DNA of 63,139 nt, the filler included, from Circinaria calcarea (taxonomy: Eukaryota), in NCBI GenBank assembly GCA_051942165.1. It is 49 parts of 49 records of this genome, joined end to end, with 100 filler letters (N's around TTAATTAATTAA, not from the genome) between each part and the next. Parts side by side here need not be neighbours in the genome. Positions count along the whole stretch, not along the records: positions 23,406 to 24,600 come from JAVECS010005144.1; positions 24,701 to 25,895 come from JAVECS010005145.1; positions 25,996 to 27,189 come from JAVECS010005146.1; positions 27,290 to 28,483 come from JAVECS010005147.1; positions 28,584 to 29,774 come from JAVECS010005148.1; positions 29,875 to 31,065 come from JAVECS010005149.1; positions 31,166 to 32,355 come from JAVECS010005150.1; positions 32,456 to 33,645 come from JAVECS010005151.1; 41 more parts are not named here. One strand, given 5' to 3'. Shown here piece by piece: positions 24,222 to 35,035 of this stretch. Positions within the stretch are counted from its first letter, which is position 1, and every line of letters starts with the position of its first letter. The notes beneath the pieces were generated by a model. That model was not told the origin of the DNA. It saw nothing but the letters and a program-made list of their open reading frames with translations, and searched no databases. The translations under genes were made by a program, and so were the position numbers.

Positions 24222-24882
24222 AAAGTGAAGGAATAGAAGTATTGGAGCTGCCGAGATTGGAAGAAGGGGGCCGGGGGAGAAGGGGGCCAACGATGAGTCG
24301 GGAATCAGAAGGGGGGAAAGGGGCGACGATGGATCTCGGGTTCAGATGGGGCATCAAGAATGACATATTTCCCACCGAGGGAAATTTTTTCTCCTTTCCG
24401 TTTTTGCCCGATAGATACTCAACTTGGCAGCCCAGTCTCGTTCTCGTTTTCCTCAGCATTCTATATTCTGAATATCTCTGTCGAAAGAGGTATGTACGTA
24501 CGGTGTGAGGCCTAGCAACGAACCTATTTTCGCTTGCGATCCTGGCCCCAGGCAGGGGGGGGGGGGGGGGTTGATGGTGGAAAATCTGCAGGGGGAGAAG
24601 NNNNNNNNNNNNNNNNNNNNNNNNNNNNNNNNNNNNNNNNNNNNTTAATTAATTAANNNNNNNNNNNNNNNNNNNNNNNNNNNNNNNNNNNNNNNNNNNN
24701 ATTCCATGACATTTGACTTTAGACGGCAACGCCAGAGTCCCTTGCTCGATCGCCGTAACCCTCACATATACGTGGGGCACAAGAGAATTGGCTTCGGGCC
24801 ACTATCATATCTAAATGTACGGGCAGATTTTCGGGGAGAAAATAAAAACGGCGATACAAATAAAGGGACATATCGAAATTTA

Positions 24883-25378
24883 CTTGCCTCCATATGTAAA
24901 ACTCTGTTGCAAAACGAACACCACTTTTTAGAATCTCGAGCCCTCGAAAAACCACCGCGGAAATCAATAAATCTTATTATTTCTCTATACTAAAGAGGTT
25001 TTTTCCACTAAAAATTCAGCATATATTAGATCTAGTATTAATCTACAATATATCAAGATTCTAGCCTATTCTATATTAAGAATGGAAAGTAATTCGTGAT
25101 CTTTTAAAATTTTAAGCCATATTCATACGAGCTTGCGATTCAACCAGTAAAATTCTTAATTTCAATTAATCCTACTATAAGTATTGGCTGAAATCTTCTG
25201 AAAATCATAGATTTAGTAGAATACACTATAATCTAAAATCTATATAAGTTAAATTGATTTATGACCAGTGGTTGTGGATCAAATAAACAATACGTTGATT
25301 TTCGAGGTAGGTTTTCGAGGGCCTGTAAATCCAAAAAGTGGTGTTCGTTTTGGAACAGGATTTTACATACGAGGGCAG
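24883..25378. mobile_element. Near-palindromic MITE (about 495 bp) with long imperfect TIRs
   Basis: TATGTAAAACTCTGTTGCAAAACGAACACCACTTTTT...GCCCTCGAAAA mirrored by TTTTCGAGGGC...AAAAAGTGGTGTTCGTTTTGGAACAGGATTTTACATA; flanks TA/TG. Confidence 0.75.
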
Positions 25379-25591
25379 TGCTCGGTCTGCAAGGTTTTGA
25401 ATAGATCCTCCGTGAGTTGCATGGAGATCCTCGAATTAGGTAGGTGTCGGCAAAACCCCCTGGATGAAATCTTGGCGTGGGGGGTATAGATTTCAGATTT
25501 CAGATTTCCTTGAAAAATCTAAACATTGCACACAAACATACAGTATACATTGCCAGATCCGGAAATCATCTCTGTTGGGTTGGACTCGCTA

Positions 25592-25895
25592 ATGGCCCCT
25601 ATCTCAGCAAGGAAACGTCGCAGGCTTTCCCCTCCAGATGCTACCGACCCCATCGTCCCCAGTTCCAAGGACGTGAAAGTTACGGAATCCCCCGTCTTGG
25701 ACGGTTACCTTGCCAATGCGTCCAAATGGAACCTGGAGCAGGACTACGAGAATTGTCCTCGGAAACAAAAGAAAAAAGAAAAGGAAAATACGAGGCTTCC
25801 GATCAAAACTGCGGAAGGCAGGATAGAGCAACTGGAGGTGCCAGATGTCAAGGACGAAGACCGGGACAGTTGGCTGGGGTCGGATAATGACGAAG
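25592..25895 (+). CDS. NOC3: Nucleolar complex protein Noc3, N-terminus
   Basis: KRRRLSPP...WNLEQDYE..PRK..KKEKENTRLPIKTAEG motif. Confidence 0.8.
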
Positions 25896-25995
25896 NNNNN
25901 NNNNNNNNNNNNNNNNNNNNNNNNNNNNNNNNNNNNNNNTTAATTAATTAANNNNNNNNNNNNNNNNNNNNNNNNNNNNNNNNNNNNNNNNNNNN

Positions 25996-26098
25996 GCCTT
26001 CACCCTTAAAAGCCCTCACCCTTAAAAGCCCTCACCCTTAAAAGCCCTCACCCTTAAAAGCCTTCACCCTTAAAAGCCCTCACCCTTAAAAGCCCTCA
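25996..26098 (+). repeat. 16-bp tandem repeat (GCCYTCACCCTTAAAA) x6.4 at a contig 5' end
   Basis: Directly visible; the minus strand reads TTTTAAGGGTGARGGC. Confidence 0.95.
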
Positions 26099-26753
26099 AG
26101 AAACCCAGATCCTGATTTTTCAATCCTACCACTCCATACGGAGTATCCGCATCGTATATACCACCGCAGCCATAGCCATTCTCTCCCACCTTCTTTCGTT
26201 TTCTAAACCCCTAATTTACTATGCTGCGTCATTGTCTGTTCTTCGTTCTTCGGAGCGCCGTGGGGGTTCTGGGTTTGGAAAGGGGGGGTGGATTTTGTAT
26301 GTTAGGTGTATGGGTACTGTTTATTTGGGAAGGGGAAAGGGAGGATATTGGGTTTTTGGGTTTTTGGGAAGGTGTTGTATTTAGTTTGCGAGAGAAACGC
26401 ACTACCTAATGCTAAAGGTGCGTGACTGGTCGAGACTAGAGTTTATTTTTTTCTTCTTTTCAGAAAAGTAGGGGTACGGGAGATGCGAAGAGGAGGTGAG
26501 GGGGAGGAAAGGAATGTTTGGTCATGGAACGAAAAGCAAGTGTGGTGAGGGTTTTCGATCGGGAAAAAGCTATAGATTATAACCCAAGACCGGGAGTGAT
26601 ACTCTATCCTTTTCTTATGCATAACACGATGCAGTCCTAACCAGTCCCAAAAAATACTTTATTGGGTATCCCAAGACCAGTGGCAAAAAAAAAAAAGTTC
26701 CGCGACGCTTCCCCATCGTCTATACATAAGACCATTGACATTGTGTACACTTC

Positions 26754-27189
26754 TCACTTGACGCAGATGTTTTCTTTCGCATAGGCTCGATATCGATCGA
26801 GAACGTCGGTGGTGTCCACGCCGGGTTTGTCGTCTCCGGCGGCCATGACCCAGTAGCCGTTGTGGACTGCTACTCCATGACCGTCGACTACGACGTCTAT
26901 GATAATATGAATATTGGTGATCTGTGCGCGCGAGACAAGGGGTTGGGACTTTATACTTACGTCTTCCAGTCTGTTTGGAGTATTTCATCGTAATAAATTC
27001 CTCGTCGTCCCTCGGCATGGGACTCATCGCTACGATATCATCCCCTGCAATCGCAATCAGGTTGATGCTGAGCCGTTCATACTTGATGTCCCAGATATCA
27101 AACGCATATCTCCACAGCTCATCCTTTTCCAGGTTCTCCAGGAACGAGTAATGTTGCTGGACCCCAACCTGCCAGTCGGTGTGACCGGG
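26754..27189 (-). CDS. Conserved uncharacterised fungal protein, C-terminal part, one intron
   Basis: QQHYSFLENLE...WD..YERLSIN.IAI.GDD...DDEE...TDVLDRYRAYAKENIC. Confidence 0.7.
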
Positions 27190-27694
27190 NNNNNNNNNNN
27201 NNNNNNNNNNNNNNNNNNNNNNNNNNNNNNNNNTTAATTAATTAANNNNNNNNNNNNNNNNNNNNNNNNNNNNNNNNNNNNNNNNNNNNGAGGAGGAGGC
27301 TGTTGAAAAGAGCTATAGAGGCTATAACTACATGTGTAAATCTGAGATGTTGAAAGGGCGGGAGCGGGAACGGGAACGAGAAGAGAAGAGCAGGACAGAG
27401 CAGTTCATATCTCTTGCTTCGGGACACCGCGCGCTTTTTAATTGCAAGGCTCGGAACTGATTTCGCAGGTTAGTGATCACGGCCTATTCTCACTGACTTG
27501 AAATGTCTTGTTCGAGAAGAACCGTGAGCACTTACGCTTGCTAGACCTCGATACACGGATAGAAGTTATCGAATCGAACATTCAACTGTGGTTTTGTGAC
27601 CACGTAAGAGAAATAGATTGGTGTTGAACATAGTACTGTTTCGCTCCGGGACAATTCCAATTTTATACAGGTCACTGTCACTGCCGCAAAGACC

Positions 27695-27817
27695 CACTGT
27701 CGCAGAGATCACTGCCGCTAGTGGCATTGCGATAGTGGCATTGTGATACAGTGGCATTGTGACACAGTGGCATTGCGGTATTATGGTATTGCGACACAGT
27801 GATATAATGCGACGGTG
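27695..27817. mobile_element. Possible CACTA/CMC-like miniature element with internal AGTGGCATTG repeats
   Basis: CACTGTCGCA...TGCGACGGTG termini (9/10 inverted), 3-bp TSD ACC, four AGTGGCATTG units. Confidence 0.45.
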
Positions 27818-27924
27818 ACCCACTGAAAACCGCAATCGGGCCGGGTTTTTAGGCTAATCTCCTCTTGGTCAGAATTTGCAACTTGGCGAAGAAAATTGCA
27901 AATTCATACTTTTAGGGTCAAATA

Positions 27925-28067
27925 TCCCTTAAACCGTCGCTCAGGCAGGATGGACTGTGCGTTTTATGAACGGACCAAATTATGGTCCGTGCCAACATAG
28001 CTGGCCAATCCTAACCTTGTATCCAAAAAACGCACGGTCCATCCTGCCTGAGCGACGGTTTAAGGGA
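27925..28067. mobile_element. Tc1/mariner-type MITE (143 bp)
   Basis: 41-bp TIR TCCCTTAAACCGTCGCTCAGGCAGGATGGACYGTGCGTTTT (1 mismatch), TA on both sides, internal ACGGACCA/TGGTCCGT hairpin. Confidence 0.9.
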
Positions 28068-28240
28068 TAGAGTGGGGTTACAACGTCTTTTCCCACTTGG
28101 CAGATTCAAATCCGGTTGACAGCGGTAAACCGGTATTTTGATGCCTTTATGATTTACATAGAGTATCGAATTCTACTGTTGCCATTCAACTTAGCGAATA
28201 CGCAAGTGCTTATAAGGTAATCGTGCGCATCTATTTTGTG

Positions 28241-28379
28241 CAGCGCCGCCAGTAGTCCAAACAGTCTGGACTGTGACTGGCTTGGCAGTCTTAAGGGTGG
28301 ACTGGGACTGGCAGTCGGGACTGGCAGTGCAGTCCGGACTGGCAGTTCAGTCCGGACCGCTGGACTACTGGCGGCCCTG
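28241..28379. mobile_element. hAT-type MITE (139 bp)
   Basis: 19-bp TIR CAGSGCCGCCAGTAGTCCA, perfect 8-bp TSD ATTTTGTG (28233-28240, 28380-28387), many internal GGACTG/CAGTC motifs. Confidence 0.9.
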
Positions 28380-29462
28380 ATTTTGTGCAATGTGCTGTGT
28401 CACTTGAGTGCGCCCGGATGTGGCTATTCTACATCTTGTTAATGGTTCAGTTACCGCCAGCAATGTGTCTTTTAGAAATATATNNNNNNNNNNNNNNNNN
28501 NNNNNNNNNNNNNNNNNNNNNNNNNNNTTAATTAATTAANNNNNNNNNNNNNNNNNNNNNNNNNNNNNNNNNNNNNNNNNNNNGGGGGAGGGGGGGGGGG
28601 GGGGGAAGAGACAAAAGCATTCTAGAAATTGATAGCACATGTGCCATATGAATTTCGAGTTTGCCACCGCATCCCCTTCCTCACACACGTATGTTCTCGG
28701 CTAGGCTGGTTAACTTGGGGCCAAACACCTCACATCTCCATCTCCCAACTCCACTCGTCCCTGTCCACTTTGGTTTTCACCTCACTCCCACTCCCACTCC
28801 GACTCTGACGTCTCAAACCCCGACCCCGAACTTAAATTACTATACTATACCAATCAACCGTTTCTTCCCCCCCCTCAACACAATCCCAGAAAACCGTCAA
28901 AAGGAAAGGAAAGGAAAGGAAAGGAAATTCAAACACGGTTGGGTCGGTAAAATGCATGGGCTGTACATTTCTTCCATTCTTTCTTGACAGACTGACTGAC
29001 TGCCTAACGAAGTACAGTAAGCTGGGGGGGAAAAAAGGGGGGGAAAGATCTCCAGCTACAACAAATTTCCCCCGGAACGGAGAGAAAATTAATTAGCGAT
29101 AATTGACTACGTAAATGGGAAAGGAAGGTTTTTGGAAATCCTGCTCCGGAGTGCCTTTTTGATTTTGATAGCCAGATTGGTACATACACAGAGCGTACGG
29201 CAGCGTATAACTAGCTGGGTTTGTGGTGATAAGAGTACAGGGTAGCAAAGGCTCCATGGAGGCTCTAGCAAACCTCCCTCGTGGCCGAGGGGAAGCCGAG
29301 ATTGCAAATGAGCTAACCGGTTATTACCTGCAGTACCGCCACGAGGCCTTCTCTTTCTTCACTCCCCACTCTCCATAATCAGCATCAAATCTCCCATCTT
29401 CCCGGACAGCTCCACCCCTCCCTTCCCCTTCCCCTTTCCCTTCCTTATCTACACTCCAATCC

Positions 29463-29774
29463 CTACCGACTCGGACTCAACGGCCGATTGAAACCCCCCA
29501 CCCGATTCATATACTGCCGATACTCCGTTTTCTTCTCCTTGCGCACCGCACCCACATTATTCCCAGGCACCTTCGTGTTCTTGGTCGTCTTGAAGCCGGC
29601 AAAGCCCATCATGGCGCGCATCTGCGCCACCTCGGGGTCCGAGTCTTCTTTTTCTTGATCTGCGGCTGTTTTGGAGGCGGAAGGATTGGAGACGGTGGTA
29701 GAGGGCAGGGGAGCGGAGTCGATGGACATGGGGTCTGCAGGTGTGGATGGAGCGGGGAGGGGAGGGGCAGTGGT
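29463..29774 (-). CDS. SNRNP27: U4/U6.U5 tri-snRNP 27-kDa protein, C-terminus
   Basis: MMGFAGFKTTK...EYRQYMNRVGGFNRPLSP. Confidence 0.9.
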   Translation of the reverse strand, partial: TTAPPLPAPSTPADPMSIDSAPLPSTTVSNPSASKTAADQEKEDSDPEVAQMRAMMGFAGFKTTKNTKVPGNNVGAVRKEKKTEYRQYMNRVGGFNRPLSPSR

Positions 29775-30107
29775 NNNNNNNNNNNNNNNNNNNNNNNNNN
29801 NNNNNNNNNNNNNNNNNNTTAATTAATTAANNNNNNNNNNNNNNNNNNNNNNNNNNNNNNNNNNNNNNNNNNNNATATTAATTAATAAAATATTCAGCAG
29901 CGAGGCGTTCGTTTACGTGAAAAAATTTCGATATAAATATATTTTTTAATTTAAATTTATATACGCGGTATAAATAATAAATAATACGATAAATTGAAAT
30001 ACGGTGCATTCCTAATAGCTAACTACCATGACTGTAGTTATGGCACCCAATGGGGCTTAGCGTAATAGTGGCAGTATATCTCTGCCAGCAGAGCGTAGCT
30101 AGTTAGA

Positions 30108-30819
30108 TGTAAGGGCGCTGCAATCCCTGGGGCCTATTGAGGAATATGATAAGTCCCGATTGGTGATAGCACGGTTACATAGGGTGTAGTTAAACTGTTG
30201 CCCTAGGCTCAATATCAAGGAGTAATATTAAACACGGTCTATAAATATGCTGTTCTAAAGAACGCCGAACAGCCTGTCTATATAGTATTAGTGCTCCCCA
30301 GTGATCCCTTTATGTAAGGGCGCTGCAATCCTTGGGGCCTAATGAGGAATATGTTAAGTCCCGATTGGTGATAGCACGGTTATATAGGGTATAGTTGAAC
30401 TGTTGCCCTAGGCTCAATAGTATGGAGTCTATTGAACACGATCTATAAACATGCTATTCTAAAGACCGCAGAATAGCCTGTCTATATACTATGGTTGCTC
30501 GGGTTGCTCCCTTTGCTCACAACCTGAGCACACCTGAGCATAAGGATGCTCCCTTTGCTCCCTATGGTTACACAACTGAGCAACGAGAGCATCGCTCCCA
30601 CGTTGCCCCGTTCCGTCCCGTAACCTTGCTAGGCTGTAGTCAGTATGGCGTAGCGCCATAACACTTTACTCCTTAGGATCCCTAGGAGCCACCGGGAGCA
30701 TAACACGTGACGCGCTCTCACTGCTCCCTGCCAAGTCCTGGGAGCACCCGGGAGCCCCCGGCTCCTGGTTCCTCCGTTCCGGCACTCGGCCTGCCAGGGT
30801 ATGGCGTTGCGCCATAACA
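30108..30819 (-). mobile_element. Middle layer: solo LTR (356 bp net)
   Basis: TGTAAGGGCG...GCCATAACA, TSD TTAGA (30103-30107, 30820-30824). Confidence 0.9.
30313..30663 (-). mobile_element. Inner layer: solo LTR (351 bp)
   Basis: TGTAAGGGCG...GCCATAACA, TSD CTTTA (30308-30312, 30664-30668). Confidence 0.92.
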
Positions 30820-32455
30820 TTAGATAACCTTCAATGCAATAATGGTTCCACCAATAAATCGTGTAATAACACTCACCTATACAATTCAACTCGATAATTA
30901 ATTAATATTTTTAAGAATATAAAAACTTTAATTAATTATTTTTTGGTAATTTTATCGAGAATAAAACTCGGATTATATAAAAATATACCGGTTTATTTGA
31001 ATTTAAAAATAAAATTTTTTTTAATAAAATACGCGCTGTCAAACAGGTCAAAAAATATTTTAAAANNNNNNNNNNNNNNNNNNNNNNNNNNNNNNNNNNN
31101 NNNNNNNNNTTAATTAATTAANNNNNNNNNNNNNNNNNNNNNNNNNNNNNNNNNNNNNNNNNNNNCCCCTCCTCGGCGCCTCCTCAACCTTCCTTCGTCA
31201 TCGCGACCTCCACTCACCGACATTTCCTCAGCCCATCTCCCCGTCCAAATCAATTCTTGCCTCCGTGCCTAAGGTAGGATAATCTGTCATCCCATATTCT
31301 CCGCCATCGCGCCGATTTCTCTCACGGGGCTATGGTGCTTAGCATACTTCTAGCAGAGCGGTTTTTCGGAGTGTGGATAGCACGGTTATTAACACGTCTC
31401 TCGTGACGAGTTTCTCAGCGGTTGCGGGGATAGAATATTTGTCGAACGCAGGAGACGACTGCACCGCACAAGGCAAGGAAAGTAGCATATAAAAAGCATT
31501 CGCCGTATTCTCGCCCGATTTCCCTAGAGAATTCCCCGCATACCACCGGGTATTCCTGCCCGGCAACTACAGTCGCCAGGAATGTACCAAAATGCTCGCG
31601 ATCGTAATAGATTGTGGTCCGTGTGGAGGCTAAAATGTGCACCTCTACCATTAAGGTAACCGACAGTTACTATAGGCTGCGGCTGCATTGTTGAATTTCT
31701 TGGATGGTATGCTTGCATCGAGGGGGACGAAGGGAACGACTCGTTTGGAAGCGCAACGGGAACGGCACTTAAAAGTACGAGACAGGTAGACTCCAGTAGC
31801 TATCTCATAACGGGAGTACGGTCAATGAAGTAATTCGACTCAGAGCAGACGCTGCACTTCAATAAAATTTAGGCTCTATCTCCCTTCGAACGATCAGCAA
31901 ACCTGAACATAGTGCTAAGCAACAATTGGTTTTTGAAGTTATAGGCGTATCTCCTCTTGTTATTCGAGGTTCTCCGCGTGAAATATGCGGTCTTGCTTTC
32001 GTAAAGAGATCGTCGATATTGGATTAAAGGATCTGCGACATTGAGACCAATCCAACGATAAAAATCGACATCAACACCATTAGGTAGGGCGAGGTGCAAC
32101 AAACGTTGTGAGAGCGAGCGAAGAAGGAGCGCGGGACTTAGAAATGTTGTCTTTTCGCGCTATATGCATGACTTTCGGGCCATACTCTTACCTATGCATG
32201 TCAATGAATAAGACCCCTCTCATGAAATGAATGTCTGCTATGAATACGAGCTGATGATAAGCGTGTACAATGGTATCCTAATCCTAACCATCTATCCAAC
32301 ATAACGACCAAGTCTTCTCGCCTCTGCGAAATGGCACAACTTCTATTTTGCCATCNNNNNNNNNNNNNNNNNNNNNNNNNNNNNNNNNNNNNNNNNNNNT
32401 TAATTAATTAANNNNNNNNNNNNNNNNNNNNNNNNNNNNNNNNNNNNNNNNNNNN

Positions 32456-32851
32456 CCTTCGTCGTCTGTCCGTCCAATTAGCTGCAGAACTCATTCGCAT
32501 ACAAGACGATAAGACACCTCTCAACAGCTCCTTCACATCGTCCAAAACTAGGTTCATGAGCTGGTCGTAGCCCTTTAACGTGCCGGTAACTAGGGGAACA
32601 TCTAGTTAGGTTCCTCACCCCCCCAAAGCATTGAAAGACCTTGCAGGCTCACCTTCTCTCCCTCCATTGAATTTGACATTGATCTCCTTGTCCATGTACT
32701 TGGTGAGGTCCAGAATGTTTTCTTTCTTGGGCTTCTCTGCCTGACCGGCCTGCGCGCCCCCTCTGCCACCACCGCGACCGCCTCTGTGATCACCCCCAGC
32801 CCGACCGCCAGCAGCACCTCCTCTCCCACGAAAGCTGCCTCGTTCCGACAT
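32456..32851 (-). CDS. LSM7: U6 snRNA-associated Sm-like protein Lsm7, 5' part, 2 introns
   Basis: EKPKKENILDL.KYMDK.I.VKFNGGRE|VTGTLKGYDQLMNLVLDDV. Confidence 0.95.
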
Positions 32852-33281
32852 CAACTGGCTGATGCGCTTGAAGCCGGCAGTCCGAAATAGCTCTGACGTT
32901 TCAGTTTCAGCTGCATAGGATGTCTTTGCGCCCTACCCTTGTCGCGTAGAATACCATTCTTCGCTAGCTTGGCGCGCAAAACGGCGTTCTTCCCCACCGA
33001 CCCTTTGCCCATTTCCGCCGCTGTCCTCACCCCCCTTCCCCTTCCTCTTCCTCTCGGCAATGTCGAGAGGGTGACGTTGTACTTCAACGACAGCATTTCC
33101 TCAGGGACGCTTCCTACTAAATACCTAACCACCCTTCCTACACCTAGAGGAATCTGCACCCAGAGCCATCTTCTCTCACTCCTGAGCTTCCGCTGTGCAT
33201 CCGCCGACGGCAGACCGGGCTCATTGTGTCCTGGGACTGTTGCAGCCTTGAGTCGCCAACATCATCACTACAGCGGTCGCT

Positions 33282-33645
33282 ATGGATAGTTTTACTGGCA
33301 TGCAGACCGCTCCATCAGAGGGAGCTACCGCGTCCACCAAGAGAAAGCGGAGTATTTCCGTGGATCGCCCAACGCCGGCCAAGTCCCTCAAGACCCACGG
33401 AAGCCATCTTCAGATCAACTACCTCTCGCGACATTTCAATGATACTCTTCCGCTCATCTCCGCTGAAGATACACTGCCCTCCATCCTGAGCCTGATTGGA
33501 GACTACGACGGCGTATTGCAGAGGCATGAAAGCATGGCCGGAAATCTCGGTGCAAGACCTCTTGGGCCGATTCTTATAAAGAGGTTTGAGAGGCTGTTTG
33601 ATGGACCGCCAAAGGTGCTCAAAACCCATGGCAAAGAGGGTACAT
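33282..33645 (+). CDS. Uncharacterised fungal protein, N-terminus, divergent from LSM7
   Basis: KRKRS NLS-like motif; HLQINYL...RHESMAGNLGARPLGPIL.KRFERLFDGPP. Confidence 0.7.
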
Positions 33646-33745
33646 NNNNNNNNNNNNNNNNNNNNNNNNNNNNNNNNNNNNNNNNNNNNTTAATTAATTA
33701 ANNNNNNNNNNNNNNNNNNNNNNNNNNNNNNNNNNNNNNNNNNNN

Positions 33746-34935
33746 ATAATAGACCTCTTTTTAGTTTGAATATGATCTTACGGATCTATCTGTGAAGATA
33801 GGTAACTTTTGTTGATTAAAAGATCTGCTTATTATTTAAAGAAAAGGTTAAAAGGTTCTTTCTCTTCCCGCGAAGAAGTTTTCTTAACGAAAAAAAGGTT
33901 TCGAGAGATGACGCACTACTAGAGAACCAACCTTAATGGAGAATATACTACGGCGAATTGCCTATATTTTATATATATAAGAGGCATTTTATGCCTTTTC
34001 ACCTCATTTTTTATTAGCTTTACCCTTTTAGATTAAACTTATTTAATTTAAAATCATGCAAAATTTATACAGTACCACTTACATATTTAACAATGAGATA
34101 TTTAGCTTTAATAACTTTTTCATAAAATTTAGATATTCATGATTCAGTTATATTAGCACTAATATAAGTAATACAACTAAGGTTTTACTATCTATACATG
34201 CAATGACACCGTATTACGGTGACAAACTCTGGATTTAAAATGCAGGTTTTTATACTTCAGACTTAGAACATGCATTAGCCTTTTTAAAAGGCTTATAGAG
34301 CGATTAAAAAAAACTGTTTCTTTTTTTATGCAAATAAAATTACTTTTAGATTTAGCTTTTATAACTATAACTCTTCCAAAAAAGAAGAATCTAAGAATTA
34401 GAATCTAAATTCTAATATAAGAATTCCTAAAACTAAAATCTTAGTTTTCACCCTTATATATTTAATATTAAATGGAATTGTTATTTTATGTTTATAAGAT
34501 TTCTTCGAGATTATTAATCTTGCTAAACTTATAGATATTAGTAAACATTTTAGTGATCATCAGTATTTAAATAATACCACTCCAGAGTGTTTTACACTCC
34601 ATCGTAAAGTTCATTATACAAGTAAGTCTCCAGAGGCTAAATTTAAATTTATTAGAAGATATTTGGAGGATATATCCTCTTTTTTAAAACAGAAACAAAA
34701 ACATCCAACAACTATGAACAACTACAATAATAGCAACAAAAATTAAAACAATCACACGACCCTTAGGCTTTCAAATCTTCGGAATTTATTTACTCTTCGA
34801 AGCTTAGCTATCTTATCTATTACTTTGGTTCTTTCTTTCGCCGTTCGTTGGCATATCGTCCATTAGTTTAGCTACGATTTATCCCAGTTAAAGGACTTTT
34901 TCCTTATTGGTCTATTAATTTCTCTTATAATGAAA
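33746..34935. other. AT-rich mitochondrial-like DNA (mtDNA intergenic region or NUMT) with degenerate ORFs
   Basis: AT-rich but keeps CpA/TpG, unlike the RIP tracts; short I/F/N/L-rich frames, one extended if TGA=Trp. Confidence 0.5.
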
Positions 34936-35035
34936 NNNNNNNNNNNNNNNNNNNNNNNNNNNNNNNNNNNNNNNNNNNNTTAATTAATTAANNNNNNNNN
35001 NNNNNNNNNNNNNNNNNNNNNNNNNNNNNNNNNNN

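Larger units (their letters stand above)
29992..30891 (+). mobile_element. Outermost layer: 183-bp (net) LTR-like element with AG...CT termini
   Basis: AATTGAA...TTCAACT ends, 5-bp TSD CGATA (29987-29991, 30892-30896), AATAAA near the 3' end. Confidence 0.8.

Noticed and set aside
27720..27800. CRISPR-like repeats
   Set aside because: Units are 14-16 bp tandem repeats with no unique spacers, in eukaryotic DNA.
31869..32355. Minus-strand gene fragment
   Set aside because: I could not build a consistent spliced frame or recognise a family.
33815..33836. Mitochondrial RNase P RNA P4 strand (GCTTAT)
   Set aside because: Poor consensus match and no complementary 5' P4 strand.
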